Positions 45,463-54,514 of a stretch of DNA of 64,000 nt are shown here, piece after piece (position 1 is the first letter of the stretch; each line of letters opens with the position of its first letter). The notes beneath the pieces were generated by a model that saw nothing but the letters and a program-made list of their open reading frames with translations, had not been told where the DNA came from and made no database searches. The position numbers and the translations under genes were made by a program. The DNA comes from Minisyncoccota bacterium (lineage in GTDB: Bacteria > Patescibacteriota > Minisyncoccia > Phycocordibacterales > UBA9973): the NCBI GenBank assembly GCA_041663005.1, contig JBAZRK010000002.1, positions 128,740-192,739 of the forward strand. The letters run 5' to 3'.

Positions 45463-46392
45463 TTACGGGTGCGCTTCCTGCGGCACCTTAACTTCGGCGG
45501 AGAAGCCTCCTTCCCCCGTGACCCGCACCTTTCCGACGCGGGCTGCCCCGTCATTTCCAGCGACGGTGAGCTGCGGCGAACCCGTACCCACACCTGAAGC
45601 ATTCCCGACGATGGCGATCATCCCCGGGGTGAGCGAAGCGGCGGTCCAAGAACATCCTGCGGTGGCCCCAATGACGAGGCTACCGTTGCTCGTGGCCCCC
45701 TTCCACGAGAACTCCGGGGTTTCCGGGGGCACGGAATAGTTGCAGGTCGGCGCCGGGCACGCCGTCTGCGTCACGAGTACCATCTTATTCTCGATGGTGA
45801 TCGAACCGGTGCGGGTCGCACCGGTGGCGTTGTTGGCGACCGTGAACGTCACGGTGCCGTTCGCCGAACCGGTGTGACCCGAGACGATGGTGATCCAGCT
45901 CTCGTGGGACGTTGCCGTCCATGAGCAGCCAGAGTTCGAGCCGACAACGATGCTACCGTTGCCACCGGCGCACTCGAACGCCGGGGTTGAATCCGGCACG
46001 TTGTAGTTACACACCGGCGTCACCGGAGTGACGACGACCGTAACAGAGTCGGCGGTAGAACCGCCGCTACCGGTACAGGTGAGCGTATACGTGCGGGTGG
46101 AAGCGAGAGCGCCAGTGCTCTCACTGCCTGCGGTTGCTTTGACGCCGCTCCAGCCATCGCTGGCCGAGCAGGAGGTCGCGTTGGACGAGGTCCAACGCAA
46201 AACGGTGCTTTCGCCAGCCGCGATGTTGGTCGCGTCGGCGGTCAGGTCGACCGTCGGAGCGGGGGACGGGCATGTGACACAGGGGGGAGGGGTGTCCTTG
46301 CACCCCTTGCATTCCCCGCCGCCACACGCGACGAGGGCGAGAGAGAGGACGATGAGCGCTACCAGCGCCCAGAGAGAAAACGACTTGTTCAT
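45463..46392 (-). CDS. lipoprotein with Ig-like module and two BACON-like domains
   Basis: Lipobox LVAC; CSWTA...WITI...VTFTVANN..ATRTGSITI; SD AAGGAG. Confidence 0.8.
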   Translation of the reverse strand: MNKSFSLWALVALIVLSLALVACGGGECKGCKDTPPPCVTCPSPAPTVDLTADATNIAAGESTVLRWTSSNATSCSASDGWSGVKATAGSESTGALASTRTYTLTCTGSGGSTADSVTVVVTPVTPVCNYNVPDSTPAFECAGGNGSIVVGSNSGCSWTATSHESWITIVSGHTGSANGTVTFTVANNATGATRTGSITIENKMVLVTQTACPAPTCNYSVPPETPEFSWKGATSNGSLVIGATAGCSWTAASLTPGMIAIVGNASGVGTGSPQLTVAGNDGAARVGKVRVTGEGGFSAEVKVPQEAHP

Positions 46393-47267
46393 GGCTTCTC
46401 CTTGTTCGGCGCCGAAGCGCTTTCGTTGTTGGTTGTTTTCTTGTTGTCAGTGTCGGCGACGACGTTAGCCACGCCGGCAACCGCTGCGCTTGTTGCACCA
46501 CCTACCGCTGCACCGCCAACGACGGTGGTGCAGAGAGCGGGAGTAGCCGCGGCGGTGACACCGCCGGTAGCTACACCGAGGATGACGAGACCTACAACCG
46601 TTCGCGGGCGAAGTCCTGCGCGAAGGAGCACGCGCTCCTTTCCAGGGCATTCCTGCCACACGAACTTTCGAAGAGGGCCGTACGTCTTGATGATTGTACA
46701 CGGTTCTGCCGGGGGGCCTGGTGCTCCCTTGCAGTCAAGGGAATCCCAGACATCGTCACCGTTGATGTCCTCTTCGGGATCGGTTCGGCCGTTCGCGTTG
46801 AGGTCCCAGCAGCTCAACCCCGGAGGTCCAGGCTCTCCCTGTTCTCCGGGGTCGCCTTTCTCGCCCACGATAGGCGGGAACGGGACGAAGCCGTCGAGCT
46901 TGTTGACACACCACCACAAATAATCAAAAGTGTTGGTGCGCCAGTTGTAAGCCATCGGCCTGTCTGTACCGATGCGGACCCACCCCCACCCGTTTTCTGT
47001 CACGCGATCAGGTAACTCCATGTGGACGCAGCCACCTGTGGGGTGGCCACGTTCCACATAGCTGGGCCCCAGCTTGCGGTTCGATTTTAGTGAGGGGTAG
47101 TAAAGCGGCGCATCGTGCGCCGCAATGCACTCCTCCCAGTTGTCCCAGTGGTCTTTCGCCACCGGGGTGTTTTCGTCCGCCCGGGCGTTGCCCTCGCAGA
47201 CGTTGATCGTGACGAGAAAAAACAGAGCGAGCGCGAGATACTGCAGGAACTTCGTCATTTTCCTCAT
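46389..47267 (-). CDS. secreted protein with short collagen-like repeat and Ca-binding-like motif
   Basis: Signal peptide; GEKGDPGEQGEPGPPG; CWDLNANG...EDINGD...DC; glycine-zipper-like C terminus. Confidence 0.75.
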   Translation of the reverse strand: MRKMTKFLQYLALALFFLVTINVCEGNARADENTPVAKDHWDNWEECIAAHDAPLYYPSLKSNRKLGPSYVERGHPTGGCVHMELPDRVTENGWGWVRIGTDRPMAYNWRTNTFDYLWWCVNKLDGFVPFPPIVGEKGDPGEQGEPGPPGLSCWDLNANGRTDPEEDINGDDVWDSLDCKGAPGPPAEPCTIIKTYGPLRKFVWQECPGKERVLLRAGLRPRTVVGLVILGVATGGVTAAATPALCTTVVGGAAVGGATSAAVAGVANVVADTDNKKTTNNESASAPNKEKP

Positions 47268-47375
47268 TCCTTTCCTGTGCGTTAAAACTGATTATTCTGC
47301 TGACAACGATCAAAGACAAACTGCAAACACTCTTCTAGCATAGCCGTAGTTGGGCCACGCTGATTTCCGTCCGTG

Positions 47376-47403
47376 ATTATATCAGGTTTTCTCAAAAAGT
47401 CAA
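47376..47403 (-). promoter_or_regulatory. sigma70-type promoter of GC-rich operon
   Basis: TTGACT-16 nt-TATAAT with TG extension. Confidence 0.65.
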
Positions 47404-47585
47404 GGTGAGTTATTAACTAAAATTTAATATTCAACAGGGTTAGGGCATTGTGGTCAGGAATAATTTTGTTTTCGTCAAAACAAAATTTTCACGACCCTGC
47501 CTCAGCTGTTTTGTTTCCTAACAAAACATGCTTCCGGCCAGCACAGCTAAAAAACCTGCAGTAGTGCAGGTTTTTCTTTACGCTG

Positions 47586-47657
47586 TGCTCCCGGTAGGAA
47601 TCGAACCTACATCACAACCTCCGCAAGGTCGCATCCTATCCATTGAACGACGGGAGC
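47586..47657 (-). tRNA. tRNA-Arg(GCG)
   Basis: GCTCCCG...CGACC-TTGCGGA-GGTTG...GGTTCGATTCC...CGGGAGCA. Confidence 0.92.
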
Positions 47658-47696
47658 GGTTCTTTTAGATTAACAGTTTTTATTTAAAAGTCTATT

Positions 47697-48191
47697 TTAA
47701 AACCCGAGCGCTTCCATTATTTTCTCGGAAGGATGCTCCTTCATCTCCACCTCAGCTATTTCCTGGAACGAAAAAATTTCGTGAATTTGTTCCGCGGTTT
47801 CGATGTGAATCGGAATCGAGATGACGGGGATAAAGATACGCTCGGTATGAATGAAGAGCGTAGGGCGAAGGAGGGGCGTCGGGGAGAAATCAGCCTGCAC
47901 CCAGAAAGCCTTGATGCTTTCGTACGGGTAGAGGCGATTTTTAACACGGAGACCCTTGGAGTTAAGTTCATATTCTACGACGTCTGGCTTTTTGACAGCG
48001 AAAAACGCTAGCAGAACACCGGCGAGGATTAGAAGCGCGGCAAAAAAATAATTTTCGAAAATAATTGAAGCTATGGAGCCTGTGACCACAATCACGCCCA
48101 AAGCCCAGAACCAATCACGGCTCCGTTCTTTGTCTTCGTATTCGAGGGCGGACCAGGTTAGGCTTTCAATGGGAGTTTCTCTCTCTTGCAT
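47697..48191 (-). CDS. conserved membrane hypothetical protein
   Basis: WSALEY..KERSRDWFW, two TM segments; start at MQERE. Confidence 0.75.
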   Translation of the reverse strand: MQERETPIESLTWSALEYEDKERSRDWFWALGVIVVTGSIASIIFENYFFAALLILAGVLLAFFAVKKPDVVEYELNSKGLRVKNRLYPYESIKAFWVQADFSPTPLLRPTLFIHTERIFIPVISIPIHIETAEQIHEIFSFQEIAEVEMKEHPSEKIMEALGF

Positions 48192-48239
48192 ACATAAAGT
48201 ATACCAAGAAATTAAAAGCAAATACAGTATAAAGGGACT

Positions 48240-49430
48240 TTAGTCTATCGCACCCACTGCATCATCTGCCAAATCTTCCGCATCCTTCGCTAAATCAGCG
48301 GCTTCGTCGTAATTCTCGTCGTCGAATTCATTTTCTGCATCATCCAGTTTGTCATTTGCTTCATCGAGCAAGTCCTCAGCGTCGCTCACGTCCTTGCCGT
48401 CATCATCAGCGTCACTGATTTCATTCTGGGCATCGTCAATAGCATCGCGGGCGTCATCGATAGCTTCTTCGGCGTCGTCTTTCTCGGTGTTATCTCCGAT
48501 AGCATCTACTGCATCATCGGCCAGGTCAGAAGCTTCATCGGCCAGGTCTTCTACGTCTTCATAATTTTCATCATCGAAAGCTTGCTCGGCTTCTTCAAGC
48601 TTGTTCTCAGCTTTCTTGAGTAAAGCTTCAGCTTCTTTCACATCCTCATCGTTATCATCGGCATCCTCAATTTTCTTTTCAGCGGCATCGATATCACGCT
48701 GAGCTTCGTCAATGAAGTCATCGGCTTCAGCCTCAAGTCCTTCACCTCCAGCATCGTCGAAGGCATCTTCAGCATCGTCAAATGCATCATCTGCATAGTC
48801 GAGCGCCTTTACAAAATCCTTTTTACGGAAAAGAGACCTAACCGCATCAATTATATTTTCTTCAGCGTCAGCATAACTGTCATCAGCGGCCGCCTGGTCG
48901 CCCTCGTTGTCATCCATTTGTTCATCCGCCTTGTCCATCATATCGAGCGCTTCCACCAGCCTTTTAATTGCGGCGGTTTCGGCGGCGCTTTTCCCTGAAG
49001 AAGAACTTCTAGCAAGTGCTAGGTCGGCCTTCAGCTGTGCGATTTGGGTATTTAATTGAGCAACCGTAGAACCCGTCGAGGGCGTCCCAGTTTCTGGGGT
49101 TGCAGGCGTGGTCCCGGTGAGAGATAAATATTTCGCTCGAGATTTAGCGCCGAAGTGTCCGTCGGCAGTTAAGCCGCTCGCCGCTTGCCACTTCATCACA
49201 GCTTGCGAGGTAAGTTCTTTGAAGGTATTGGTTTCTTTCCCTTTAGAGCCAGGGCCACTAGAAGAAATGTTGTAGCCGGCACCGTTTAAATATTGCTGGA
49301 GACATCGGACGTCTTCGCCCTCAACATCTTCTTTTAAGTCGCGAGTAAAATTGCAGGTACTAGCACTAGCATTCCAAGCCAAGCAGATTATTGCTAAAAC
49401 GAACAAGCCTTTTAATATATTTTTATTCAT
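48240..49430 (-). CDS. secreted peptidoglycan-binding protein with acidic helical repeats
   Basis: DVRCLQQYLN...AVMKWQ...ADGHFGAKSR; D/E/A-rich repeats. Confidence 0.8.
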   Translation of the reverse strand: MNKNILKGLFVLAIICLAWNASASTCNFTRDLKEDVEGEDVRCLQQYLNGAGYNISSSGPGSKGKETNTFKELTSQAVMKWQAASGLTADGHFGAKSRAKYLSLTGTTPATPETGTPSTGSTVAQLNTQIAQLKADLALARSSSSGKSAAETAAIKRLVEALDMMDKADEQMDDNEGDQAAADDSYADAEENIIDAVRSLFRKKDFVKALDYADDAFDDAEDAFDDAGGEGLEAEADDFIDEAQRDIDAAEKKIEDADDNDEDVKEAEALLKKAENKLEEAEQAFDDENYEDVEDLADEASDLADDAVDAIGDNTEKDDAEEAIDDARDAIDDAQNEISDADDDGKDVSDAEDLLDEANDKLDDAENEFDDENYDEAADLAKDAEDLADDAVGAID

Positions 49431-49562
49431 ATTATTTATTATTTTAATGACTAATAAAATTAAAACGGAACGTAAAATAGTAAGGAGTGCCTTGCTACAA
49501 ATTTATTATATCACACGGCTCGTACGCTGGCGGAAAAGGGTCATTTTTGGTATAGTTTCCAA

Positions 49563-49799
49563 ATGAGCACATTTGTATATACATTGATTTTAATACTTTT
49601 AACCCTATGGACCATTCCCTGGAAGGTTTATAGTGTTTGGTTAGCGGTAAAAAACGATCATAAGAAATGGTTCATAGTTCTGCTCCTCTTAAACACCGTC
49701 GCGATATTGGAAATTTTCTACATTTTCAAAATCGCGAAAAAGAGCTGGGCGGAAGTGAGCGGAGACTTCGGGCAGGCCTGGAGATCAGCTACGAAATAA
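49563..49799 (+). CDS. DUF5652-like small membrane protein
   Basis: WTIPWK..SVW.A...KKWF...NTVAILEIFYIF. Confidence 0.75.
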   Translation: MSTFVYTLILILLTLWTIPWKVYSVWLAVKNDHKKWFIVLLLLNTVAILEIFYIFKIAKKSWAEVSGDFGQAWRSATK

Positions 49800-49803
49800 A
49801 CAC

Positions 49804-49891
49804 GGAGGCGTCGCATAGTGGTTTAGTGCACCTGTCTTGAAAACAGGAGTGCCGCAAGGCACCGTGAGTTCGAATCTCACCGCCTCCGCCA
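49804..49891 (+). tRNA. tRNA-Ser(TGA)
   Basis: GGAGGCG...CCTGT-CTTGAAA-ACAGG, long variable arm, ends CGCCTCC-G-CCA. Confidence 0.95.
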
Positions 49892-50292
49892 TGAGATTTT
49901 TAGGAATAGACTACGGCAAGAAACGGATTGGCATTGCCATCTCTGACGAGAATGGAGTTCTTGGTTTTCCGAAAATTATTTTAGACAACGATGAAGGATT
50001 GGGGCGAAAGATTTCCGCTATTATGAAAGATGAAAATATTACCGAGATTGTGATAGGTGAATCGCTCGATTTCGCCGGGAAGCCGAATCAAATATCCGCG
50101 GAGATAGATACTTTCACCCGAGAATTAGAGAAATTTAACTTACCAGTCCACAAGCAGAAAGAATTCCTGACTTCAGTAGAGGCTCGCAAGTTCCATGGCC
50201 CCAAAAGTAGGGCTGACGCTTCGGCAGCAGCCCTAATTCTGCAAAGATTTTTAGACAAGAGAAATATCTCTAGAGAAAAGCCCTCCGAGTGA
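49891..50292 (+). CDS. ruvX: YqgF/RuvX nuclease
   Basis: MRFLGIDYGKKRIGIAISD, EFLTS, DASAAALILQRFLD. Confidence 0.93.
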   Translation: MRFLGIDYGKKRIGIAISDENGVLGFPKIILDNDEGLGRKISAIMKDENITEIVIGESLDFAGKPNQISAEIDTFTRELEKFNLPVHKQKEFLTSVEARKFHGPKSRADASAAALILQRFLDKRNISREKPSE

Positions 50293-50329
50293 TAGCGGAG
50301 CGAGCCGGGATGTCGTATAATATTCCTAT

Positions 50330-51421
50330 ATGCTAGGCAACGAACTTAATAGATTTCTGTTCCGATATTTTCCTCCACCTGCATTCCTAATGGCGCCGTC
50401 GTATGGTCTCGATATTTCAGACCAGTCTTTGAAATTTGTGCAGCTTATTCCGACGAAAGACGGGATTAAAGTTGGGCGATACGGAGAGCGGAAGATTCCA
50501 GCAGGGATTATTGAGTCAGGGAAGATTAAAAATTTATCTCGTCTAGAAGAAGTGCTCTTATCTTTGCGGAAAGAGGGGATAAAGTTTGTTCGGGTATCTC
50601 TACCTGAAGAGCAGGTGTATCTCTTCCCTCTACGTCTCGATAAAACCGGACTGAAAAACGTGAGGGAAGGTATAGAGCTTGCACTTGAAGAGCACGTCCC
50701 AATGCCCGCCGCAGAGGCGATATTTGATTATGACTTTGTGCATGAAGACGAGAAAAGTCTCGAAGTTGAGGTGGCAGCAACATCCTCCAACACCATTGAG
50801 AACTATATTTCTGTATTCCGCAATTGTTTTATCTCTGTACAGTCACTAGAGCTTGAAGCGCAGGCCATCGCCCGTGCCGTGGTTAAGAAGGGGGACCCCG
50901 AGACATACATTATCGTGGATTTCGGGCAGACCCGTACCGGAATTTTCATTGTGGCTCGTGGGGTGGTGGTGTTTACCTCTACGCTCGACATTGGCGGAAT
51001 GTCGCTTAATACCGCCATTCAGAAGAGTTTCAATGTGAGTCAACCAGAAGCGGAAAAAATGAAACAAGAGTATGGCCTGGCGCGAAATGCTCTGAATAAA
51101 GAAGTTTTCCCGGTGCTCCTCAACAGCGTGTCCGTTCTTCGAGATGAAATTGTGAAGCACTTCCTATACTGGAACACGCACAAAGACGAAGACGGCAAGC
51201 AACGTCCGCCCATCAAGAAGATAATTCTCTGCGGAGGAGACTCGAACCTGATAGGCTTGGCGGATTATATTTCCCAGAGTATGAAAACTCCAGTGGAGAT
51301 GGCCAATGTTTGGGCGAACATTTCTGACATAGACAAGCATGTCCCCGAAATAAGTATGAGAGAATCGCTCGGTTTTGCCACGGCGCTCGGCTTGGCACTT
51401 GGAGACTTTGACTACGATTAA
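50330..51421 (+). CDS. pilM: type IV pilus assembly protein PilM
   Basis: GLDISDQSLK, IVDFG, ILCGG, ALGLAL actin-like motifs. Confidence 0.88.
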   Translation: MLGNELNRFLFRYFPPPAFLMAPSYGLDISDQSLKFVQLIPTKDGIKVGRYGERKIPAGIIESGKIKNLSRLEEVLLSLRKEGIKFVRVSLPEEQVYLFPLRLDKTGLKNVREGIELALEEHVPMPAAEAIFDYDFVHEDEKSLEVEVAATSSNTIENYISVFRNCFISVQSLELEAQAIARAVVKKGDPETYIIVDFGQTRTGIFIVARGVVVFTSTLDIGGMSLNTAIQKSFNVSQPEAEKMKQEYGLARNALNKEVFPVLLNSVSVLRDEIVKHFLYWNTHKDEDGKQRPPIKKIILCGGDSNLIGLADYISQSMKTPVEMANVWANISDIDKHVPEISMRESLGFATALGLALGDFDYD

Positions 51422-51423
51422 TT

Positions 51424-51966
51424 ATGATAAATTTAATTCCAAATCACGAAAAGAAAAAGAAAGTAAGGGATTTCTATTTCCGGTTTACTGCGGTGTTGCT
51501 TGCTGTGTTGGGGTTCTGCGGCGTTGCGGGAATCGTTTCTCTATCACCGGCATATTTTCTTTCCGAGATTAAGAAAAATATTGCCAGCACGAGTCTCGAA
51601 ACACAAAAGAATGAACCAGCCACAAACGAAGATAAGAGTTTATCTACCGCTGTGGCTGATTTGAAAAAGAAGCTGACGATAGTAGAGAACTCGAGGAAGG
51701 ACAGATATGAGGTTTCTCGTAAGGTAATCAATGAAGTTACTTTACGCAAAATGCCCGATATAAAAATAACCCACATAATCTATGAAAGGGATACGGACAC
51801 AGGTCCTCAGGTGAATGTCTTAGGCGTGGCTCCTTCTCGCGAACGGCTCCTCCTTTTCCGCAGAGCACTTGAAGACGCGGGGACCTGGAAGGTTGTGGAT
51901 TTGCCGATTTCGAATTTCGTTAAAGGTTCCAATATCGAATTTCACTTAACTCTTACCCCTTCATAA
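51424..51966 (+). CDS. PilN-like protein
   Basis: MINLIP motif plus TM, directly after pilM. Confidence 0.75.
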   Translation: MINLIPNHEKKKKVRDFYFRFTAVLLAVLGFCGVAGIVSLSPAYFLSEIKKNIASTSLETQKNEPATNEDKSLSTAVADLKKKLTIVENSRKDRYEVSRKVINEVTLRKMPDIKITHIIYERDTDTGPQVNVLGVAPSRERLLLFRRALEDAGTWKVVDLPISNFVKGSNIEFHLTLTPS

Positions 51967-51967
51967 T

Positions 51968-52498
51968 ATGCAAAATAATCCTAAAAGCTTTAAAAAATTT
52001 AAAAAGGCACCCCTGGTGTTCTCGACCCTCTTTTTGGCTATGGTTGTGCTGGGATTTTGGTTTGTGTCTGGGGAGATTAATCAAAACAAAAAATCAGCCG
52101 AAGTGATGTGGACCGAATGGCAGAAAGAAAATTTACGACGCCACCAAATCCGCGACCTTGAAGTCCTGCTTAGTGAAGCAGAAGCAAAGAGGGCAGAGCT
52201 CGATACGCACTTCGCAGAAAGCTCTAACATTGTGCCGTTTCTCGATACGACCCAAGAATTAGCCAGAAAAGTGGGCGCTGAATCCGAAATAATTTCCGTC
52301 GACAATAGTGCAGAGTCCGGTGGGCTTACGGTAGTTGTGCATGCCACTGGAAGTTTCGAATCGTTGTATAAATTTCTAGAATTGCTCGAACATTCCCCCT
52401 ACGAACTCGAATTTCTTACAGTTGACCTAGGCAGACTTGCGGAAGGCTCCGGGTGGGAGGCGAACTTTAAACTGAGGCTGCTGACCTTTATTCCATAA
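51968..52498 (+). CDS. PilO-like protein
   Basis: TM, coiled coil, GSFESLYKFLELLEHSPY. Confidence 0.7.
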   Translation: MQNNPKSFKKFKKAPLVFSTLFLAMVVLGFWFVSGEINQNKKSAEVMWTEWQKENLRRHQIRDLEVLLSEAEAKRAELDTHFAESSNIVPFLDTTQELARKVGAESEIISVDNSAESGGLTVVVHATGSFESLYKFLELLEHSPYELEFLTVDLGRLAEGSGWEANFKLRLLTFIP

Positions 52499-52510
52499 AC
52501 CAAAATAGTT

Positions 52511-52819
52511 ATGAAACTAGAATTATTAAAAAGGAAAAAAATTTTTAAAAAAGGAGGCTTTCATACCAACCCTAACGTGGGCTGGCAGATAATAGTTGTT
52601 GTCGCCGTGGGTATTGTCGCTGCCTTCTTTGCTTCAGGATTTTATCTTTTTATCGAAACTAATAACTCGCTCGAGGCACCAGAATTTGCGGACAAGGAAG
52701 AGGTTAACGTGCGAGAGAGAACAAGACTTGAAAAGGTTATGAATTATTTCTCGGAACAAGAACAGAAATCACTCGAGATAATAAATTCTCCGGCGCAGGT
52801 CGTTGACCCTTCGCGCTAA
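52511..52819 (+). CDS. single-TM hypothetical protein of pil cluster
   Basis: 102 aa, one TM, ends VDPSR. Confidence 0.7.
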   Translation: MKLELLKRKKIFKKGGFHTNPNVGWQIIVVVAVGIVAAFFASGFYLFIETNNSLEAPEFADKEEVNVRERTRLEKVMNYFSEQEQKSLEIINSPAQVVDPSR

Positions 52820-52825
52820 AAATTC

Positions 52826-52900
52826 TGGTGCCCCCGCGAGGAATCGAACCTCGAATAGCGGCTTAGAAGTCCGCAGTTATATCCATTTAACTACAGGGGC
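52826..52900 (-). tRNA. tRNA-Arg(TCT)
   Basis: GCCCCTG...CTTCTAA...GGTTCGATTCC...GGGGGCACCA. Confidence 0.92.
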
Positions 52901-52914
52901 ATTGCATAGTAAGG

Positions 52915-52987
52915 TGCGCGCTGAGGGATTCGAACCCCCGACCTTCGCTGTGTAAAAGCGCTGCTCTACCAACTGAGCTAAGCGCGC
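52915..52987 (-). tRNA. tRNA-Val(TAC)
   Basis: GCGCGCT-TAGCTCAG...TTTACAC...GGTTCGAATCC...AGCGCGCA. Confidence 0.93.
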
Positions 52988-53082
52988 GCGAACACAAAGA
53001 AAGTGTATAGTATTTCGAGCTTTATTTCAATAGCCAAATATTAAACCTTGATATAGTATTATACATACGGTATACTCTACCT

Positions 53083-53745
53083 ATGAAAGTTATTGAAAAA
53101 GAAGAAGCACGAGTATTGCGTGGGCAGGGTAAGTCCATTAATGAAATAAAAAATATTTTAAAGGTATCGAAAGCTAGCGTGAGTCTATGGGTACGCGATG
53201 TAGTTTTAACAACAAAACAGAAAAATTCTTTATCACAAAATGGTCGCAGTGTTGCATCGGTTGAAAAACGCAGATTAAATAGAATAGCAAGTACAGAAAG
53301 GAAGACAACCTTAACCATTAAACTTGCCAAAAAAGAAATCACAAGCATTCACAAAAATGACCTAAAAATGATAGGAATATCTCTGTATTTGGGAGAAGGT
53401 GGCAAGACAAAGCGGGGAATTGCGCGAATTACGAACAGTGATCCCTGCATTATAAAGATAATGATGAGATTTTTCAGAGAAATATGTTTGGTTCCTGAAA
53501 ATAAATTTCGGGGACATATACATACATTTTCCAAAACAAATATTCGCAACGCTGAAAATTACTGGTCTAAAATATCAGGAATACCAATTAGTCAATTTTA
53601 TAAAACATACATAAAACCGAGCACTGCTGGTAAAAACAAGAGAAATACTTTACCATATGGAACATTAGATGTTTCAGTTAATGATACGCAGTTATTCCTT
53701 AAAATTTTAGGATGGATGGAAAAGTTAAAAGAATTAGCAGTATGA
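53083..53745 (+). CDS. HTH + degenerate LAGLIDADG-like protein
   Basis: GKSINEIKNILKVSKASVSLW HTH; LYLGEGGK, TNSDP, YWSKISGIP; AT-rich, divergent from tRNAs. Confidence 0.7.
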   Translation: MKVIEKEEARVLRGQGKSINEIKNILKVSKASVSLWVRDVVLTTKQKNSLSQNGRSVASVEKRRLNRIASTERKTTLTIKLAKKEITSIHKNDLKMIGISLYLGEGGKTKRGIARITNSDPCIIKIMMRFFREICLVPENKFRGHIHTFSKTNIRNAENYWSKISGIPISQFYKTYIKPSTAGKNKRNTLPYGTLDVSVNDTQLFLKILGWMEKLKELAV

Positions 53746-54473
53746 AAATAAAAGTTTTATACGAAGATGCAAATATCTTAGCGATAGACAAGCCGTCAGG
53801 TATTTCCGTGCATTCTGATGGAAAGAGCAAAGATAAAACGATTGCTGATTGGGTGCTGAAAAATTATCCAAAGATGAAAAATGTGGGGGAGAACGAAGTG
53901 TATGAATATAAGAATAAAAAAATAGAAATTAAAAAGCCGGGGATAGTTCACCGGCTGGACCGAGACACTTCTGGAGTTTTGCTTTTGGCGAAAAATGAAA
54001 AAACTTACCAACTTCTTAAAAAGCAGTTTCAGGATAGAGAAGTAAGGAAAATTTATATTGCTATTGTGTCGGGTGACATGAAAGACGAAAGAGGAGTCGT
54101 AAACCGAGCAATCGGCCGCAGCCCTCGAGATTTTCGTAGATATTCGGCCGGCCGCGGCGCACGAGGAGAAATGCGAGAAGCAGTCACCCAGTTTCGAGTA
54201 TTAGCTAGATTTAGCGACAAGAAAGGAAATAAATTTACGTACTTAGAAGTTCATCCGAAGACGGGCCGCACGCACCAAATCAGGGTGCATATGAAATATC
54301 TAAACCATCCTATTGTAGGTGACAATTTGTACAACCCCAGCGGAGCTTGCCCGAAAGAAATAAAAAGAATGGCTCTGCATGCAAAATCAATCGAGTTTAG
54401 AAACTTGAAAGGCGAGATGATAAAAGTAGAATCACTTTTACCGAAGGAGTTTGAGAAAGTAGCCAAACCATAA
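53742..54473 (+). CDS. RluA/RluD family pseudouridine synthase
   Basis: DKPSG, VHRLDRDTSG, TGRTHQIRVH, HPIVGD. Confidence 0.95.
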   Translation: MKIKVLYEDANILAIDKPSGISVHSDGKSKDKTIADWVLKNYPKMKNVGENEVYEYKNKKIEIKKPGIVHRLDRDTSGVLLLAKNEKTYQLLKKQFQDREVRKIYIAIVSGDMKDERGVVNRAIGRSPRDFRRYSAGRGARGEMREAVTQFRVLARFSDKKGNKFTYLEVHPKTGRTHQIRVHMKYLNHPIVGDNLYNPSGACPKEIKRMALHAKSIEFRNLKGEMIKVESLLPKEFEKVAKP

Positions 54474-54514
54474 GATTGCCTTTAAAATCCTTTTATGTTA
54501 AAGTGTTTTTTGTT

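Noticed and set aside
46028-47343. Alternative-frame ORFs in the GC-rich island and antisense ORFs throughout
   Set aside because: Shadows of well-supported genes
47866-47892. CCCTCCTTCGC similarity to the uvrA N-terminal element
   Set aside because: Only one arm and no hairpin; may be chance
49837-49890. ORF-track extensions through tRNAs (also 55084, 58939) and through the udg hairpin (35653)
   Set aside because: These are tRNA or repeat sequence upstream of the real starts
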